Shown: piece by piece, positions 1 through 15,198 of the stretch
How positions within the stretch are numbered: position 1 is the first letter of the stretch
How the letters are laid out: every line of letters starts with the position of its first letter
DNA from: the human T2T-CHM13v2.0 reference genome, Homo sapiens
DNA: 64,000 nt
Assembly (NCBI RefSeq): GCF_009914755.1
Contig: NC_060947.1
Strand: one strand, 5' to 3'
Position numbers and translations under genes: made by a program
Notes under the pieces: generated by a model
What the model was told of the DNA's origin: nothing
The model's input: only the letters and a program-made list of their open reading frames with translations
Databases searched by the model: none

Positions 1-465
1 TCATAGATTGTTGGTGGGAATTTAAGTTAGTTCAGCCGCTGTGAAAAGCAGTTTGGAGATTCCTCAAAGAACTAAGAATAGAACTACCATTCAACCCAGG
101 AATCCCATTCCTGGACATAAACCCAAAGCAAAAGAAGAAATCATTATATAAAAAGACACCTACATTTGTATGATCATTGCAGCACTACTGACAATAGCAA
201 AGTCATGGAATCAAATGAGGTGCCCATCAATAATGGATTAGATAAAGAAAATGTGATACATATACATCATGGAATACTATGTGGCCATAAAAGGAATGAG
301 ATCATGTCCTTTGCAGCAACAAGAATGCATCCGAAGGCCATTATCCTGTCAATCAATGCAGCAACAGAAAATCAAATACTGCATGTTCTCACTTATAAGT
401 GGGAGCTAAACAATGGGTACACATGGACATAAAGGTGAATACAATAGACACTGGGGACGCCAGAA
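1..465 (+). mobile_element. L1 (L1PB/L1MA-like) ORF2 C-terminus and start of 3' UTR, degraded
   Basis: Motifs such as GAACTACCATTCAACCCAG and ATGTTCTCACTTATAAGTGGGAGCTAAAC match L1 3'-end consensus as recalled. Confidence 0.8.
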
Positions 466-827
466 TAGAATATTCATAAGTAAAAACAAATAAATATTGA
501 AGTTTGGGATATGATGAAGATGGCATCTTAAAATGGTTGGAGAAAAGGTGAACAATTCAGTAAATAGTTGGGACAACCAGGTAGCCATATGAAAAAAATA
601 AAGTAGATTCATACTTCACACTGTACACCAGGATAAACCGGAGAGGAATCAATTATTTAAATATAAAACATTACAATAAAAAGCACTGAAAAGAAACATG
701 GAAGAATTCCTTTCTAACCTTAGAGTTCCAGGGACAGCCCTCCTAACCATGATTCAAGATTCAAATGCCGTAAAAGATGCCCTAGAATTCCATAAAAGAC
801 CAGCAGTCCAGTAGAAAAATGGGCAAG
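466..827 (+). mobile_element. Old L1M ORF2 fragments
   Basis: GTAAATAGTTGGGACAACCAGGTAGCCATATGAAAAAAATAAAGTAGATTCATACTTCACAC and CCAGTAGAAAAATGGGCAA resemble the ORF2 3' region of old L1s. Confidence 0.55.
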
Positions 828-976
828 CCTCAACCATCACTGGTCATTAGAGAAATGCAAATCCAAACCACAATGAGATACCATCTCATGCCAGTTAGAA
901 TGGCAATCATTAAAAAGTCAGGAAACAACAGATGCTGGAGAGGATGTGGAGAAATAGGAACGCTTTTACACTGTTT
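828..976 (+). mobile_element. Short L1PA ORF2 C-terminal fragment
   Basis: Close match to the same segment in the young L1s at about 20790-20930 and 48565-48705 (AGAGAAATGCAAAT...GGAGAAATAGGAAC). Confidence 0.8.
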
Positions 977-2411
977 GCAATGACACACATAGGCTCAAAA
1001 TAAAGGGATAGAGAAAGCTCTACCAAGCAAATGGAAAACAGAAAAAAGCAAGGATTGCAATCCTAGTTTCAGACAAAAAAGACTTTAAAGCGACAAAGAT
1101 AAAAAAAGACTAGGAAGGGCATTACATAATGATAAAGAGTTCAATTCAACACGAAGATCTGACTATGATAAACATATTTGCGCCCAACACAGGAACACCC
1201 ACATTAACAAAGCAAGTTCTTAGAGACCTTCAAAGAGACTTAGACTCCCACATAATAATAGCGGGAGACTTTACCACCCCGCTGACAATATTAGACAAAT
1301 CATCGAGACAGAAAATTAACAAAGATATTTAGGACCTCAACTCAGTGGTGAATAAAATGGACCTCATAGACATATACTGAACTCTCCACCCCAAAACAAC
1401 AGAATGTACATTCTTCTCATTGCCATATGGCACATACTCTAAAACTGATCACATAATCAGAAGTAAAACACTCCTCAGCAAATGCAGAAGAACTGAAATC
1501 AAAATAAACAATCTCTTGGACCACAGCACAATCAAATTAGAAAACAAGACTAAGAAATTCACTCTAAATAGCACGATTAAATGGAAGTTGAATAATTTGC
1601 TCCTGAATGACTTTTGGGTAAATAATAAAATAAAGGCAAACAGCAAAAAGTTTTTTGAAACTAATGAGAAGAAAAGATACAACATATCAGAATCTTTGGG
1701 ACACAGCTATGGCAGTGTTAAGAGGGAAATTTATAGCACTAAACACCCCCATCAAAAAATTAGAAAGATCTCAATTTAACAACCTAACGTCACTACTAAA
1801 AGGACTAGAGAACCAAAAGCAAACCAATCCCAAAGGTAGCAGAACACAACAAATAACCAAAATCAGAACTGAATCAAAGGAGACTGAGACCCAAAAAGCC
1901 ATAAAAAGATTAACAAATCCAGGAGTTGTTTATTTTTAAATTAATAAAATAGGCCACTAGCTAGACTAATAAAGGAGAAAAGAGGAAAGATTCAAATATA
2001 TACAATCAAAAATGACAAAAGGAATATTACCACTGACCCCATGGAAATACAAGTAACCATCAGAGAATCCTATGAGCACCTCTATGCACACAAACTAGAA
2101 AATCTAGAAGAGATGGATAAATTCCTGGACACGTACACCCTCCCAAGACTGAACTAGAAAAAAGTTGGATCCTTGAACAGACCAGTAATTAGTTGGAAAT
2201 TGAGTCTGTACCATACAGCCTAAAAAAAAAAAAAAAAAGCCCAGGACAAGACAGATTCATGGCTGAATTCTACTAGATGTACAAAGAAGAGCTGGTACCA
2301 TTCCTGCAGAAACTATTCCAAATAATTGAGGAGAAAGGACTCCTCCCTAACTCATTGTATGAGGCCAGCATCACCCTGATATCAAAACCTGGCAGGGACA
2401 CATACCAAAAC

Positions 2412-2443
<32 letters not shown>

Positions 2444-2865
2444 AAACTTCAGGCCAATATCCTTGATCAACATAGATGCAAAAATCCTTAACAGAATACT
2501 GGCAAACCAGATCCAGCAACACATCAAAAAGCTTACTCAACACAATCAACTAGGCTTTACTTCTCGGATGCAAAGTTGTTTCAACATGTGCAAATCAATA
2601 AATGTAGTTCATCATATAAACAGAACTAAAGACGAAAACCACATGATTATCTTGACAGATGTGGAAAAGGCTTTTGATAAAATTCAACAACCTTTCATGT
2701 TAAAAATCTCTCAATATACTAGGTATTGAAATAACATACATCAAAATAATAAGAGACATCTTTGAAAAACCCACAGCAAACATCATACTGAATGGACAAA
2801 AGCTGGAAACATTCACCTTGAAAACCGGCACAAGACAAGAACTCTCTCTCTCACCACTCTTATTA
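977..2865 (+). mobile_element. L1 (L1P/L1PB-age) ORF2 endonuclease to RT start, pseudogenised
   Basis: Translated fragments [35 protein letters not shown] and [15 protein letters not shown]; multiple stops and frameshifts. Confidence 0.85.
2408..2443 (+). repeat. (AAC)n microsatellite inside L1 ORF2
   Basis: About 12 AAC units with one GAC interruption; gives the poly-Asn run in the ORF track. Confidence 0.9.
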
Positions 2866-5500
2866 GACACATCAGAAAAGAAAACTATAGGCTAATATCT
2901 CTGATGAATATTGATGAAAAATCCCCCCAAAATACTAGCAAGCTGAATTCAACAATACAACAGAAAGAGCTTTCATCATGACCAAGTTGGATTTATCCCT
3001 GGGATGTGAGGTTGGTTCAACATATGCAAATCAATCACCTTGATACATCATATCAACAGAATGAAGGATAAAACTATATGATCATTTGAATTGGTGCTGA
3101 AAAAGCATTTGATAAAATTCAATATCCCTTCATGATAAAAACCCTCACAAAAACTGGGGATAAAAGAAACATACCTCAACATAATAAAAGCCATGTATGA
3201 GAGACCCACAGCTAGTATCATACTGAATGGAGAAAAACAGAAATACTTTCCTCTAAGATCTGGAATGTGACAAGGATGCCCACTTTCACCACTGTTATTC
3301 AACATAGTACTGGATGTCCTAGCTAGAGAAATCAAGCAAGAGAAAGCTATAAAGGGCATCCAAATTGGAAAAGAAAAGGTCAAAGTATTCTTGTTTGCTG
3401 ATGACATTATCTTATATTTGCAAAAACCCAAAGACTCCACGAGAAAACTATTAGAACTGATAAATTCAGTAAACTTACGGGATACAAAATCACCATGCAA
3501 AAATCAGTAGCATTTCTATATGCCAACAGTGAGCAATGTGAAAAAGAAATTTTAAAAGTTATTCCATTTACAATAGCCACACATAAAATCAATACCAAGG
3601 AATTAACTTAACCAAATAAGTGAAAGATCTCTATAATAAAAACTGTAAAACACTGATGAAGGAAATTGAAGAAGATAACAAAAAAATGAAAAGATATTCC
3701 ATGCTCATGGATTGAAATAATGAATATTGTTCAAATGTACATACTACCCCAAATAATCTACAGATTCAATGCAATCCCTATCAAGACACCAATGACATTC
3801 TTCACAGAAATGGAGAAAATGATCCTAAAATTTATATGGAACCACAAAAGACCAGAACAGCCAAAGATATCCTAAGGAAAAGGACAAACCTGGAGGAATC
3901 ACATTACCTGACTCCAAATTATATACTACAGAGCTAGAGTAACCAAAACAACATGGTACTGGCATATAAACAGACACATACACCAATGCAACAGAATAGA
4001 GAACCCAAACACAAATCCACACACCTACAGAGAACTCATTTTTGACAAAGGTGGCAAGAACATACACTGGGGAAAAGACAGTCTCTTCAATAAGTGGTGC
4101 TAAGAAAACTAGATATCTATAGGCAGAAGAATGAAACCATACCCTATCTCTCACTATGTACAAAAATCAAATCAAAATGGATTAAATACTTAAATCTAAG
4201 ACCTCAAACTATGGAACTACTACAAGAAAACTTTGGGAAAACTCTCCAGGACATTGGACTGGGCAAACATTTCTTGAGTAATACCCAACAAGCACAGGAA
4301 ACCAAAGCAAAAACAAACAAATGGGATCACGTATAGTTAAAAAGCTTCTGCAAAGCAAAGAAAACAATCAACACAGCGAAGAGACAACATGAAGAATGGA
4401 TTTGCCAACTATCCATCTGAGAAGGGATTAATAACCAAAAGATATAATGAGCCCAAGAAACTGCATAGGAAAAAAAATCTAATAATCAGATTAAAATGGG
4501 CAAAAGATCTGAATAGACATGTCTCAAAAGAAGACATACAAATGACAAACATGCATATGAAAAGATGCTCAACATCACTGATCACCAGAGAAATGTAAAT
4601 CAAAACTACAGTGAAGTATCATCTCACCTCAATTAAAATGGCCTATATCCAAAAGACAGGCAATGAAGAAATGCTAGTGAGGATGTGGAGAAAAGGGAAC
4701 CCTTGTACACTGTTGGTGGGAATGTAAATTAGTACAACCACTATGGAGAGCAGTTTGCAGGTTCCTCAGAAAAGAAAAAATTGAGATGCCATATGATCCA
4801 GCAACCCCACTGTTATGTATGTACCGAAAAGAAAGGAAATCAGTAAAGCTAAGAGACATCTGCATTCCTATGCTTGTTGCAGCACTGTTTACAATAGCTA
4901 AGATTTGGAAGCAACCTAAGTGTCTATCAACAGATGAATGGATAAAGAAAACATGGTACATATACACAACGGAGTAATATTCAGCCACAAGAAAGAATGA
5001 GATCCACTCATTTGCAGCAACATGGGTGGAACTGGAGATAACTATGTTATGTGAAATGAGCCAGGCACAGAAAGACAAACATCATGTGTTCTCACTTATT
5101 TGTGGGATCTAAAAACGAAAGCAGTTGAACTCATAGCATAGACAGTAGAAAGATGGTTACCAGAGGCTGGAAAAGTAGTGGGGTGTTGGGGGAGTGAGGT
5201 GGGGATTGTTAATAAGTACATAAAAAATAGAAAGAATGGATGAGACATACTATTGATAGCAAAACAGGATGACTAAAGTAACAACTTAATTGTACATTTT
5301 AAAATGACTAAAAGAGTGTAACTGGATTGCTTGTAAAACAAACGATAAACACTGGAGGGGACTGATACTGCATTCTCCATGATGTGCTTGTTTCCCATTA
5401 AATGACTTTATCAAAACATCTCATGTACCCCCTAAATATATACACCTGCTATGTACCAACAAAAAAATTTAAAAAATATATAATGAATAAACTTAAAAAA
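2866..5500 (+). mobile_element. L1MA-like element, ORF2 RT region through 3' UTR and A-rich tail
   Basis: Continuous degraded ORF2 ([10 protein letters not shown] equivalent at about 3390), 3' UTR TTCTCACTTATTTGTGGGATCTAAAA...GATGGTTACCAGAGGCTGG, A-rich end at about 5460-5500. Confidence 0.85.
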
Positions 5501-6994
5501 ACCCCCTCAAATGTGGCATACCTTTCAGGAGTTCATAAAATACAGTGAAAGAGAGGATTCAAGCTTGATACCAGGATTAACCTCCCTATAGTTACCCACC
5601 TTAAAGTGTGAAGAAATGTGACCCTTGTGGACAACATTATTAGAGATTCATTAAAGGGTAAAAGGCTTGTGTTGCTTTTCAAAGCCCAAATAATTCAATT
5701 AAGTTTTCAGAAGTGGATGTCAATGAGCAGCAGTCTGTTTGGAAAAGAGGATATAGAAAGAGGGAGGAGAGGCTAAGGGAAGGGGAGGGGTGCTAACATC
5801 CTTATTTTATGGGAAACTGACGAAGGTGTACGCTAGAGACTGAGAGTTAAGCATATCACTTAAAGTCACTGGAGTCACCAATAGAAGAACTAAAGATCAA
5901 AAGGTATAAAAATTGCCAGAAGGAAAGACAGGGCAGATTGAAGATAGTGTGAGTGAGTTAAATCCTCCTCTCTGGTAGAGGATGGTCACTTGATGATGTC
6001 TGAAGTTGATGAATTATTGAATTAGCAGATTAGGCATTTTCTTTAGATATAAGGAGGTAATGGTCAGAACACTGCAAACAGAAATTGTTAAAGTGGTCTA
6101 CTCTGGGAAGCACAGTTGGGGAGTAGGAAGTGATGGGACCTTGAATCTTTGTTTTTTATCATAAGCTCCTTTGTACTTTCTGATCATCACTATTATATTT
6201 ACCATGTGCATACATATATATTTTTAATTAAGAACTATTATTTGGAGACAGTTTTAAAAAGATGATCTGTATGGGAGGAAGTCCCAAGGTTAATCACCTT
6301 GACATTAGCAAGATTTTACCACATTGAAGGAGATTTCGTTTTACATCTATTAAACAAAGCGAAAACCTAAAATTGATCAGCAGCTCATGATACTGGAGAT
6401 CAGCCAACTCACGCTTCAGTAATCCATGCATGCATCACATCACAATGGTGAATATTGGTAATATTGTTCCAGAGACATCATGGAGACATCAAAGTGTGTT
6501 CAGTAGCCTGCAGCAAAGAAGCTGAAGGAGTGTATTACCTTACAGTAAATTACCTCTCAAATGGCCCCCAAGATGTTGCTCAAAAGGATGAATAGCAGTT
6601 GACAGAAAATTCTCTCCTGTCTCAATACCCCATTTTGTTGAGATAGTGTTATTAAATCTTCTGGGTGGTTTCCTTGAGTACAGAAAATGCCATGCTTTCA
6701 TGTGTTAATTAATGTGCGAGACCCTGAGCCTCCAGAAAATAAATAACTGGATCATTAAAAGGTCCTATGGTTGGGACTAGTACAGAGAAGCTCAATGAGA
6801 GTGTGAGCTAAGCGAGTTCAGGCCAGAGAACCCAGAGGATCAGACTCCCTCTGTACTGACACTTTGCTCCTGGTTAGAGAGAAAATTCCAGGCTGCCTGG
6901 AGCACCAGAAAGACAAGACACTGGACCTTCAAAAACCAGCTGAACAAGCACAACCCCAGGACAGAGGGCAATAAGATTAATAAGGAGTCTCTTG

Positions 6995-7170
6995 TATTGG
7001 GCATTGAATGCATGCCAGGCACTGTGAAAAACATTTACCATACATTATCACTTGTTATCCTTATAAATATCCCTTTGTACAGATGGGGACTCCAAAGCTA
7101 AGATGGAAAAAAGGGGGGTAAAGTACCTTGACCAAAGTAAGCACAACTCTTAAGTCATGGCCTGGGGTGT
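6995..7170 (-). mobile_element. MIR SINE
   Basis: ATGCCAGGCACTGTG...TACAGATGGGGACTCC...AAGTACCTTGACCAAAGT resembles the reverse complement of the MIR core. Confidence 0.6.
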
Positions 7171-8689
7171 ATCTGTAGGTATATTGTTATAAAATCAGTT
7201 TTGTGAACTGCCTAAAATTATAACAAAGACGGGCATGAGTTAAGGCTTCAAGCGTGTGTTAGAAGGTGAATTGGTTCTCAGAGAGAAAAATATCTGGAAT
7301 GCTATGCAAAAACCATCAGTCAATACAGCCCTTTGGCTCGGTTTCTAAGCAGAGCTGGGGCAAAACTGCTTGTCACAAATGAAATTTGTAAGATGCTTAA
7401 TTAGGGTTTCTGAAATTCAAACTCTGAGCACACACTGAGGCTCAAGAATGGTTAAGTGTTTTGCTCTGAAATTCAGCCTACTAGTCAATCTGACTCCAAG
7501 GCCCATCTCCTTTTGTTTGCACCAAAATGACAACAAACCTGCTTTTCTCGCCTGGTAATAGCACATTCTGGAAATCCCCTTAAATCAGCTTATATAGAGA
7601 TAACTCATACTTGTTAATGGTTGCATAATAATCCTCAGAATGGCTGCACTGCCAATGTATCAGTCACTCCTCACCTGATGCATACTTGCTTTGTGCCCTG
7701 ATTTGCCCAATATGAGTGTTTCTGTGATAAACATACTTGTACATATTTCATCACCTCCTGGGGTTCTTATTTCTCCAGGACTGACTACCATTCCATCCCT
7801 GCCCCATATACAAATCTGTCTCCGTCAACTCTTCACTTTATAAGGACCCAAAGGACCATTTGCTAAATTTGTTGTATTGACTCAGGACAACTTAGTAATC
7901 ATTGTTATCGTTTATTAAACAACAGGGCCACATTCAAACGCTTTCCAATTCTCTCTAAATAACAGCCTAACGCTGACGTTTTTGTTGGCCTGTATCTCAT
8001 AATTATTTTTATTTAGAGGAATTTGGTAGTGGCGGGGTTGGGGTGGGAGGTGGTGTGTGGACGGTGTGAATTGACAGAAACAATTTCCCTACACCAAAAT
8101 ACAGGTATGTTTTCATTCTCTATGCCCCTAAACACCCTCCCTGCAGCTATGCAACGAGCAATTCACGGGAAGAGGCTTCTTTACATAGACCCCTGTTTTT
8201 GGTGTTTTGATTTACTTTTGTGTATAGAGTTGATCTGTCCCTCTTCCCATTGGTGTCCTCCCCCCCCACCCAACCCTAGTCCTCTTCCTTCTTCCTTCTT
8301 TTCTTCTCTTCTCCTCTGCTCTCTGAACTGCATCCCCACTCCTTCTGATTTCTCCCTCCTGAAAGGAAAAAGGAGATGGGCCACATGAAATAGCAGAGCA
8401 GTGCCTACCCCACTCTTCGAAGTTCTCTGCATCCGAACCTCTCTCTCTTTTGAAAGCTCCACTGAGAAATGATCAGAGAGTGAAGTCCAAAGCCAAGCAC
8501 ACAAAGTCGTTGTTGTCCCATTTTAAACCAACTCCCATGCACGTACAGCTAGGAGCATTGAGAGCAGAGTCTGAGTGAGGATATTGAGGCTGGTGATGAA
8601 AAGCCTTGGCGAGAAGTTTGGACATGTTCGGACATGCAAGGCCTTAGAGAGGAGTCCTGTTCACTGTCCAGTCCTTCTGAATCTATTTT

Positions 8690-9778
8690 GCTGGCTTGTG
8701 CTCCCCACCCAACTTCTAAGTGTCAGAGTATCTCAGGGAGTAGCCCTGCACCTTCTTCTCCTGGCTATACTCTCTCTAGGTGATCCTACTCAGTTTTGTG
8801 GCTTTAGACCCTAACTGTGTCCTGTTGTCTCAACAATTCTGTTTCTCCAGCCTCTATGGATGACAAGCAGACCTCAGTAACTAAACCTGTGCAAATAGGA
8901 GCTCTTGACACACACCCCCATCTGTCTTTCTCCCTTCTCCAAATCTACCATGCCCACCCACTCTCTGTCTTTCCTATGACCGTACATAGACCTCTGAGAT
9001 TGCCTCTAATCCACTCACAAGCGCTGTCTCTTCCACTTCCAAAATATCATGTGAATCCACACACTAGTCTCCACATTGATGCTTCCAGTCTGGGCCAAGC
9101 CCCTGCTGTCTCTGGACTGGACTACTGCAAGAGCCTCCTAACTGGTCTCCCTGCTTTCCTTTGTGCCCTGCCCACTTGTGATATTGCCCACACAGAGCAG
9201 CTAGAGAGAAACCACTGAATGGGCATTAGATTATGCTACTACCTGCTTCAATCCTTTCTCTGGCTCTCCTGAGCTCTCTGAAGAAGAACCAGACTCTTCA
9301 TCATGGCACCACCCACCACTGCGCCTTCCTCCCTTTCCTTCCTCTATCCCCTCTCACACTGGGCTCCATGCAACATTGGCATCCTTTCTGCCCCCACCCC
9401 CACCCCCAGCACCCTCTCTTTTCTGCCACAGGGCCAGGGGAATTGCCCTTCCCTCTGCTGGGCAGGTCTCCCCCCTGGTTCCTTGAAAGACTGGTGGCTT
9501 ATCATTGTCCTCAGAAAGGCCTTCCCTGAGCTTCATGTCTCCCGTTTTGCCACTTTTCTGGGGTTCTAGGCAATATGTACCAAATCATCTTGTTTATGTC
9601 CCCGAGAGCATTCATAGCAACCTTTAACTGTTTTCATATTCCCTGATCTGTCTATTGTCTGTCTCCCCACTAGAAAATAAGCTCCCTGAGTTCAGGGACG
9701 GTCTGGCCGGCAGAATACTTGGTACATAGAAGACCTTCCAGGAATATTCATTGAATCACTGAATAAATAAAATCAACA
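8690..9778 (+). mobile_element. L2 LINE 3' portion
   Basis: CTGGACTACTGCAAGAGCCTCCTAACTGGTCTCCCTGC and 3' end CTGTCTCCCCACTAGAAAATAAGCTCC...TTGAATCACTGAATAAATAA are typical of L2. Confidence 0.8.
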
Positions 9779-11124
9779 GCACTTCCTCCCACGGGAAAGG
9801 AAACTTCCCCTCCCTCCATTGAGGCTCCACAGGGCTCTTTATTTTTGCCCCTGTCACAGTGTGTAGTGGTCAGAACACATTCCATTTGCAGGTGGCAGAA
9901 ACTGACCACAACGTAACTTTAAAAATAAAGAATAAAAAGGAGATGGAAACTCGACTCCATGGAAGCCCCTGAGAAAGGACTTGGGGAGCAGTCCCTGCTG
10001 TGTCCTTGTCACTTTGGTAGCCCTGCTCCTGTTGCTAGAGGTTCAGGATCCTAGGAATTGTTTTCAGGTTTGGGGATTTGCTAGCCATAGCATGACTTCC
10101 CTGAACTTCCTTCTCCTGCTGTTTCACTGATTTCTGTTGGCCCTGTGTACTGGAAGGCAACGCCAGAGACAGAGATCTTGCTGAGTCCTGGTCCTCGACT
10201 TGGTCTTCCTTGTCATTTCTGTTTCCTAACAATGGGCCGAGGAGCTCTTCTCATCCTCGCCACATCCCCTACCCCTCTGCGAGCATGGCTTCCCCCTTGG
10301 CCTCTGCCTTCTCAGGTCCCTCTTGGACACCAACCTGGAAATGGTGAGGCACAGCTTCATCTTCTCCCTGCCTGCAAGCAACCTAGACCCCCAGGAGATG
10401 GCTCTTAACAGCGGTGACAGTGATCACCTTGGTCAGGCATGCGCTGTACAGCAGGCTTTTCCTAGGTCTCTGTCCCTTGCCTTTGCCGGCACTAGCCCTG
10501 CCTAGAGGCAGAGAGCTGGACTTTGCAAGCTGGAGAGGTACATGTCTGTGTATCTGCTTCTCAGCCACCTTGGGATGCTTTCCAGCCAGCGACGAAGAGT
10601 TCTCACTGCCTCGCACCCCACAGTGACTCAGTCACTTCCTCAGGTTCACGGTTGTTCTATCATGTATGACTGCCAAGATCCAGCCATCACTGCAACCACA
10701 GAAAACAGCTTTACTTACCCAAAGAAGGCAGAGGAGGAGAGGATGAGAGAATACGTGCTGGGCAGGTGAAATTCTATGGCCACCGTCGTCCAATCACATA
10801 GCACTTACAGTCCTCTGCTGACACTTCTGTTCTCTGTGGGGGCAGACTGAGCTTTAGCAGAGTGAAGGCATCCTGAGGGAAGGCACTATGGTTTTCTCTT
10901 TTTAAACATCTGGCCCCACTGGCTCACGGTAAACGTGAGACCCCTATTTATGGAATGAAAAGGAATAGAGGGAAGGATTGTTCAGACTCTTTTTGAATTG
11001 GTCACATCTGACTTTCTTCCTTGTGTTCTGTCAGCCCTGTCTTGGTTTTGTACGTGCGTGTACATGTAAATGTGCACTTATACATGCACATTGATGTTTA
11101 ATTTGTACTCATTCTAAAGTTCTC

Positions 11125-11730
11125 ATCATACTGCTTCCCTCCTTGAACATGCTGAGTGGTCCCCGTGACCTTGGGTATACAGTCGAAGCACCTTAGCTTG
11201 ATTCTCAGGGCCCCACACCTTCCAGCCCTGTCTGCTACCATGTGCTCTTGGAGACCATGAGCTCTGTCCCTGCCAGATTATTAGGCATGGCCAGCAAGCG
11301 ACCAAGCATGTGCTCTCATGACAAAGGGCCTTGGGCACAGACTGATCCCTCTGCCTGGAGTGCCTTCCTTCCTGCCTTGACATGGTGGACTGCTCCTCAT
11401 GTTTCAGAGCCCACCTCGGTGGTTCTGTCTTTGGTGCAGCCTCACCTAATTGCTACTAAGAAGAGTTAGTGGCTGGTCCTCCTCTCTGGAGGAAGTGGGA
11501 CTGTAGCTTCTGTTACACTCAACTCTCATGGTTGCTCCCTTGTCTATACCCCCAGCATTTGGCTCTGTGTGGCCTCTCTGCTCTCACTACACACACACTG
11601 CTCACCTCTTCTCACCCTGCTCCACACCTCCAACACATCAACAGTCCCTGCTCACTTACCACATTGCGGGCCCCTTAGCCCCCAGCACCAAGTACCTGAT
11701 AAGCTTTCCATAAATATTAGATGGTGAACT
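11125..11730 (+). mobile_element. Degraded L2 fragment
   Basis: C/T-rich L2-like sequence (CCCTCTGCCTGGAGTGCCTTCC; TCCATAAATATTAGATG end). Confidence 0.5.
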
Positions 11731-12147
11731 GGGACCAGGCACTTCATTCTAGAGAGAGAGCTCAGGTTTTGTTTTGGTTTATCCTTTGAACCTGAATATG
11801 TACTTCTTGGTCCAGGTTGGGAACCTCAGCGCCTTGAGAGCAGAGTCAAGAATAAACAAGCGCCTGGCTCTGGACCAGGCCCTGTTCCCAGTCCTGGGTT
11901 TGGCTTTCCTCACCTTATCATTGAGGACAGTACTAGAGACAGGGTGCTCTTGATTCCCCCACTTCCAGACTGCATGTACTGAGGCCTTGAGTGTATTCTC
12001 AAGGCCACCCCACCCTCTCCTGCAAGGTACTTGATTTAACCATTTAAACGTTCCATTATGTGGAGAGGGGATAAAAATAACGCTCCCTTCTGAATCGAAC
12101 CCTTATCCCTTCGGTCTACAGCGGAGCCCTTTCCCTGGCGTCCTTTT

Positions 12148-13746
<1,599 letters not shown>

Positions 13747-13871
13747 AGACATCCCAGGAGCTAGCCAGCCAGCAGAGCCAAACCTTGGCTCACACCCGGT
13801 TTACAACCCCCCACCCCCAGCCCTCCCCCGCCAACCCACCAGCAGTGTATTTATTGTATTGAGAGTGCAGG

Positions 13872-13965
13872 TCTCTCTCTCTCTCTCTCTCCCCTTCTCT
13901 CTCCCCGCTTCCTATTTTCTCCCTCCACCTCTCCTCTCCTTCCCTTCCTCTCCCCCGCCCACCCC
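13872..13965 (+). repeat. (TC)n and CT-rich tract in the putative 3' UTR
   Basis: TCTCTCTCTCTCTCTCTCTC followed by pyrimidine-rich low-complexity sequence. Confidence 0.8.
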
Positions 13966-14763
13966 CACCAAGGGCGTTGTGAATAATCTTACTAATCTGT
14001 GCCATTTGTAGGTTAAAGGCTGCCTCTTCTCCCTGTGGTTTGGTTTAAAAAGCATTTTCATTCTCTCTTTGTTTACTGCACAGGTGGTACAATTTCATGG
14101 TAGAATCATCAGAAAGGAGAAGGATATCAGATGAGGGAAGAAACAAGAGAGTAATTGCTCCCCTGGTCCTACTCCCCAGAGAGAACCACTTTTACCTTTT
14201 TGGTGTGCTGCTTTTCCAGGCTCTCTTCTCTCCCTCTCTCTCCTTTGCTCACCCCCACCCCGCCTTCCCTTTTAACACACCGTTATAGAATGGTTCATGT
14301 ATGTGGTGTTTCTTAACCTGCTTTTTCAGCAACTAAAACCAAACAAAAATCAACCCATTGAACTTCTTTCCATGTTATCAACAGGCTTATGAAACGTCAT
14401 CTTCAGTGCCTGCAGAGTGCTCCAGTGTATCCGTGGACCTTAACATTTCTGTAATCATTCCCGCATTGTCGGACATTCAGGTGGTGCCTAGTTCTTTCCC
14501 TGTGTTTAAGACCAACATTGCGTGCTCTGTGCTTTGATGAGTGAATCCTTCCTTGTCAAGCCAAATCTTTGCTAGCATCCCGGTGGTCTCCTTAACTGCG
14601 GACTTGCAAGATCCACATATAGACATTTTAAAGACTTTTCCTGTGTGTTGCCAAAAGGCCCCCTTCATAAGCATTGTACCGATTTGCACTCGTGCCGGCC
14701 AGCGCAGCTAGTAAAGAGTATGCCCGTTTCCCCTGCATAGCCTCCTGGTCACTGTAATTGATC

Positions 14764-14818
14764 GTGTGTGTGCGTGCGTGCGTGTGTGCATGCGTGTGTG
14801 TGTCTTTGTGTGTGTGTC
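14764..14818 (+). repeat. Mixed (TG)n/(TGCG)n purine-pyrimidine repeat in the putative 3' UTR
   Basis: GTGTGTGTGCGTGCGTGCGTGTGTGCATGCGTGTGTGTG... Confidence 0.85.
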
Positions 14819-15192
14819 TTGGCCAGCTTGGCGGGCTGCAAAGGGTGTTTCCCTGTCCTCAGTGGTTTTGCTGCAATCAAACACTGTTTATTACCCCCTT
14901 CCCCTGTGCCCACTTCCTGTCCTTTTCCCTGTTGTCAGAAAAATAATTCAGCGTCATTGCAGGAAAAAAATAATCACGAAGCAGACAAGTTAACAGAAGA
15001 AAATTAATGTCACCAGTAATCATTTCTGATGATTACTTATACATTCCTGAAACATTTTCATCTGTATCTGCCCTGTATTTTTCATGTGATATATATGTGA
15101 AATTATTGTATATACTGTTTCAATATCTGCTTTTTCACACAGAAATATATATTATAGACATAGATTTATAGATATTCTTGAACTTTCATGTC

Positions 15193-15198
15193 ATTAAA
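15193..15198 (+). terminator. Candidate polyadenylation signal (ATTAAA) for the PABP retrogene
   Basis: First AATAAA/ATTAAA hexamer I found downstream of the stop codon, followed by a T/GT-rich stretch (TAGTTTTCATGGATGTTT). Confidence 0.4.

Noticed and set aside
6300-6700. Non-L1-looking segment that might be an ancient LINE fragment or an exon
   Set aside because: I could not assign a family or find an ORF or splice structure by eye; needs a Dfam or conservation search.
8023-11713. Many 60-130 aa ORFs upstream of the gene
   Set aside because: Several lie in L2 remnants; no domains or consistent coding signal, and lengths are compatible with chance.
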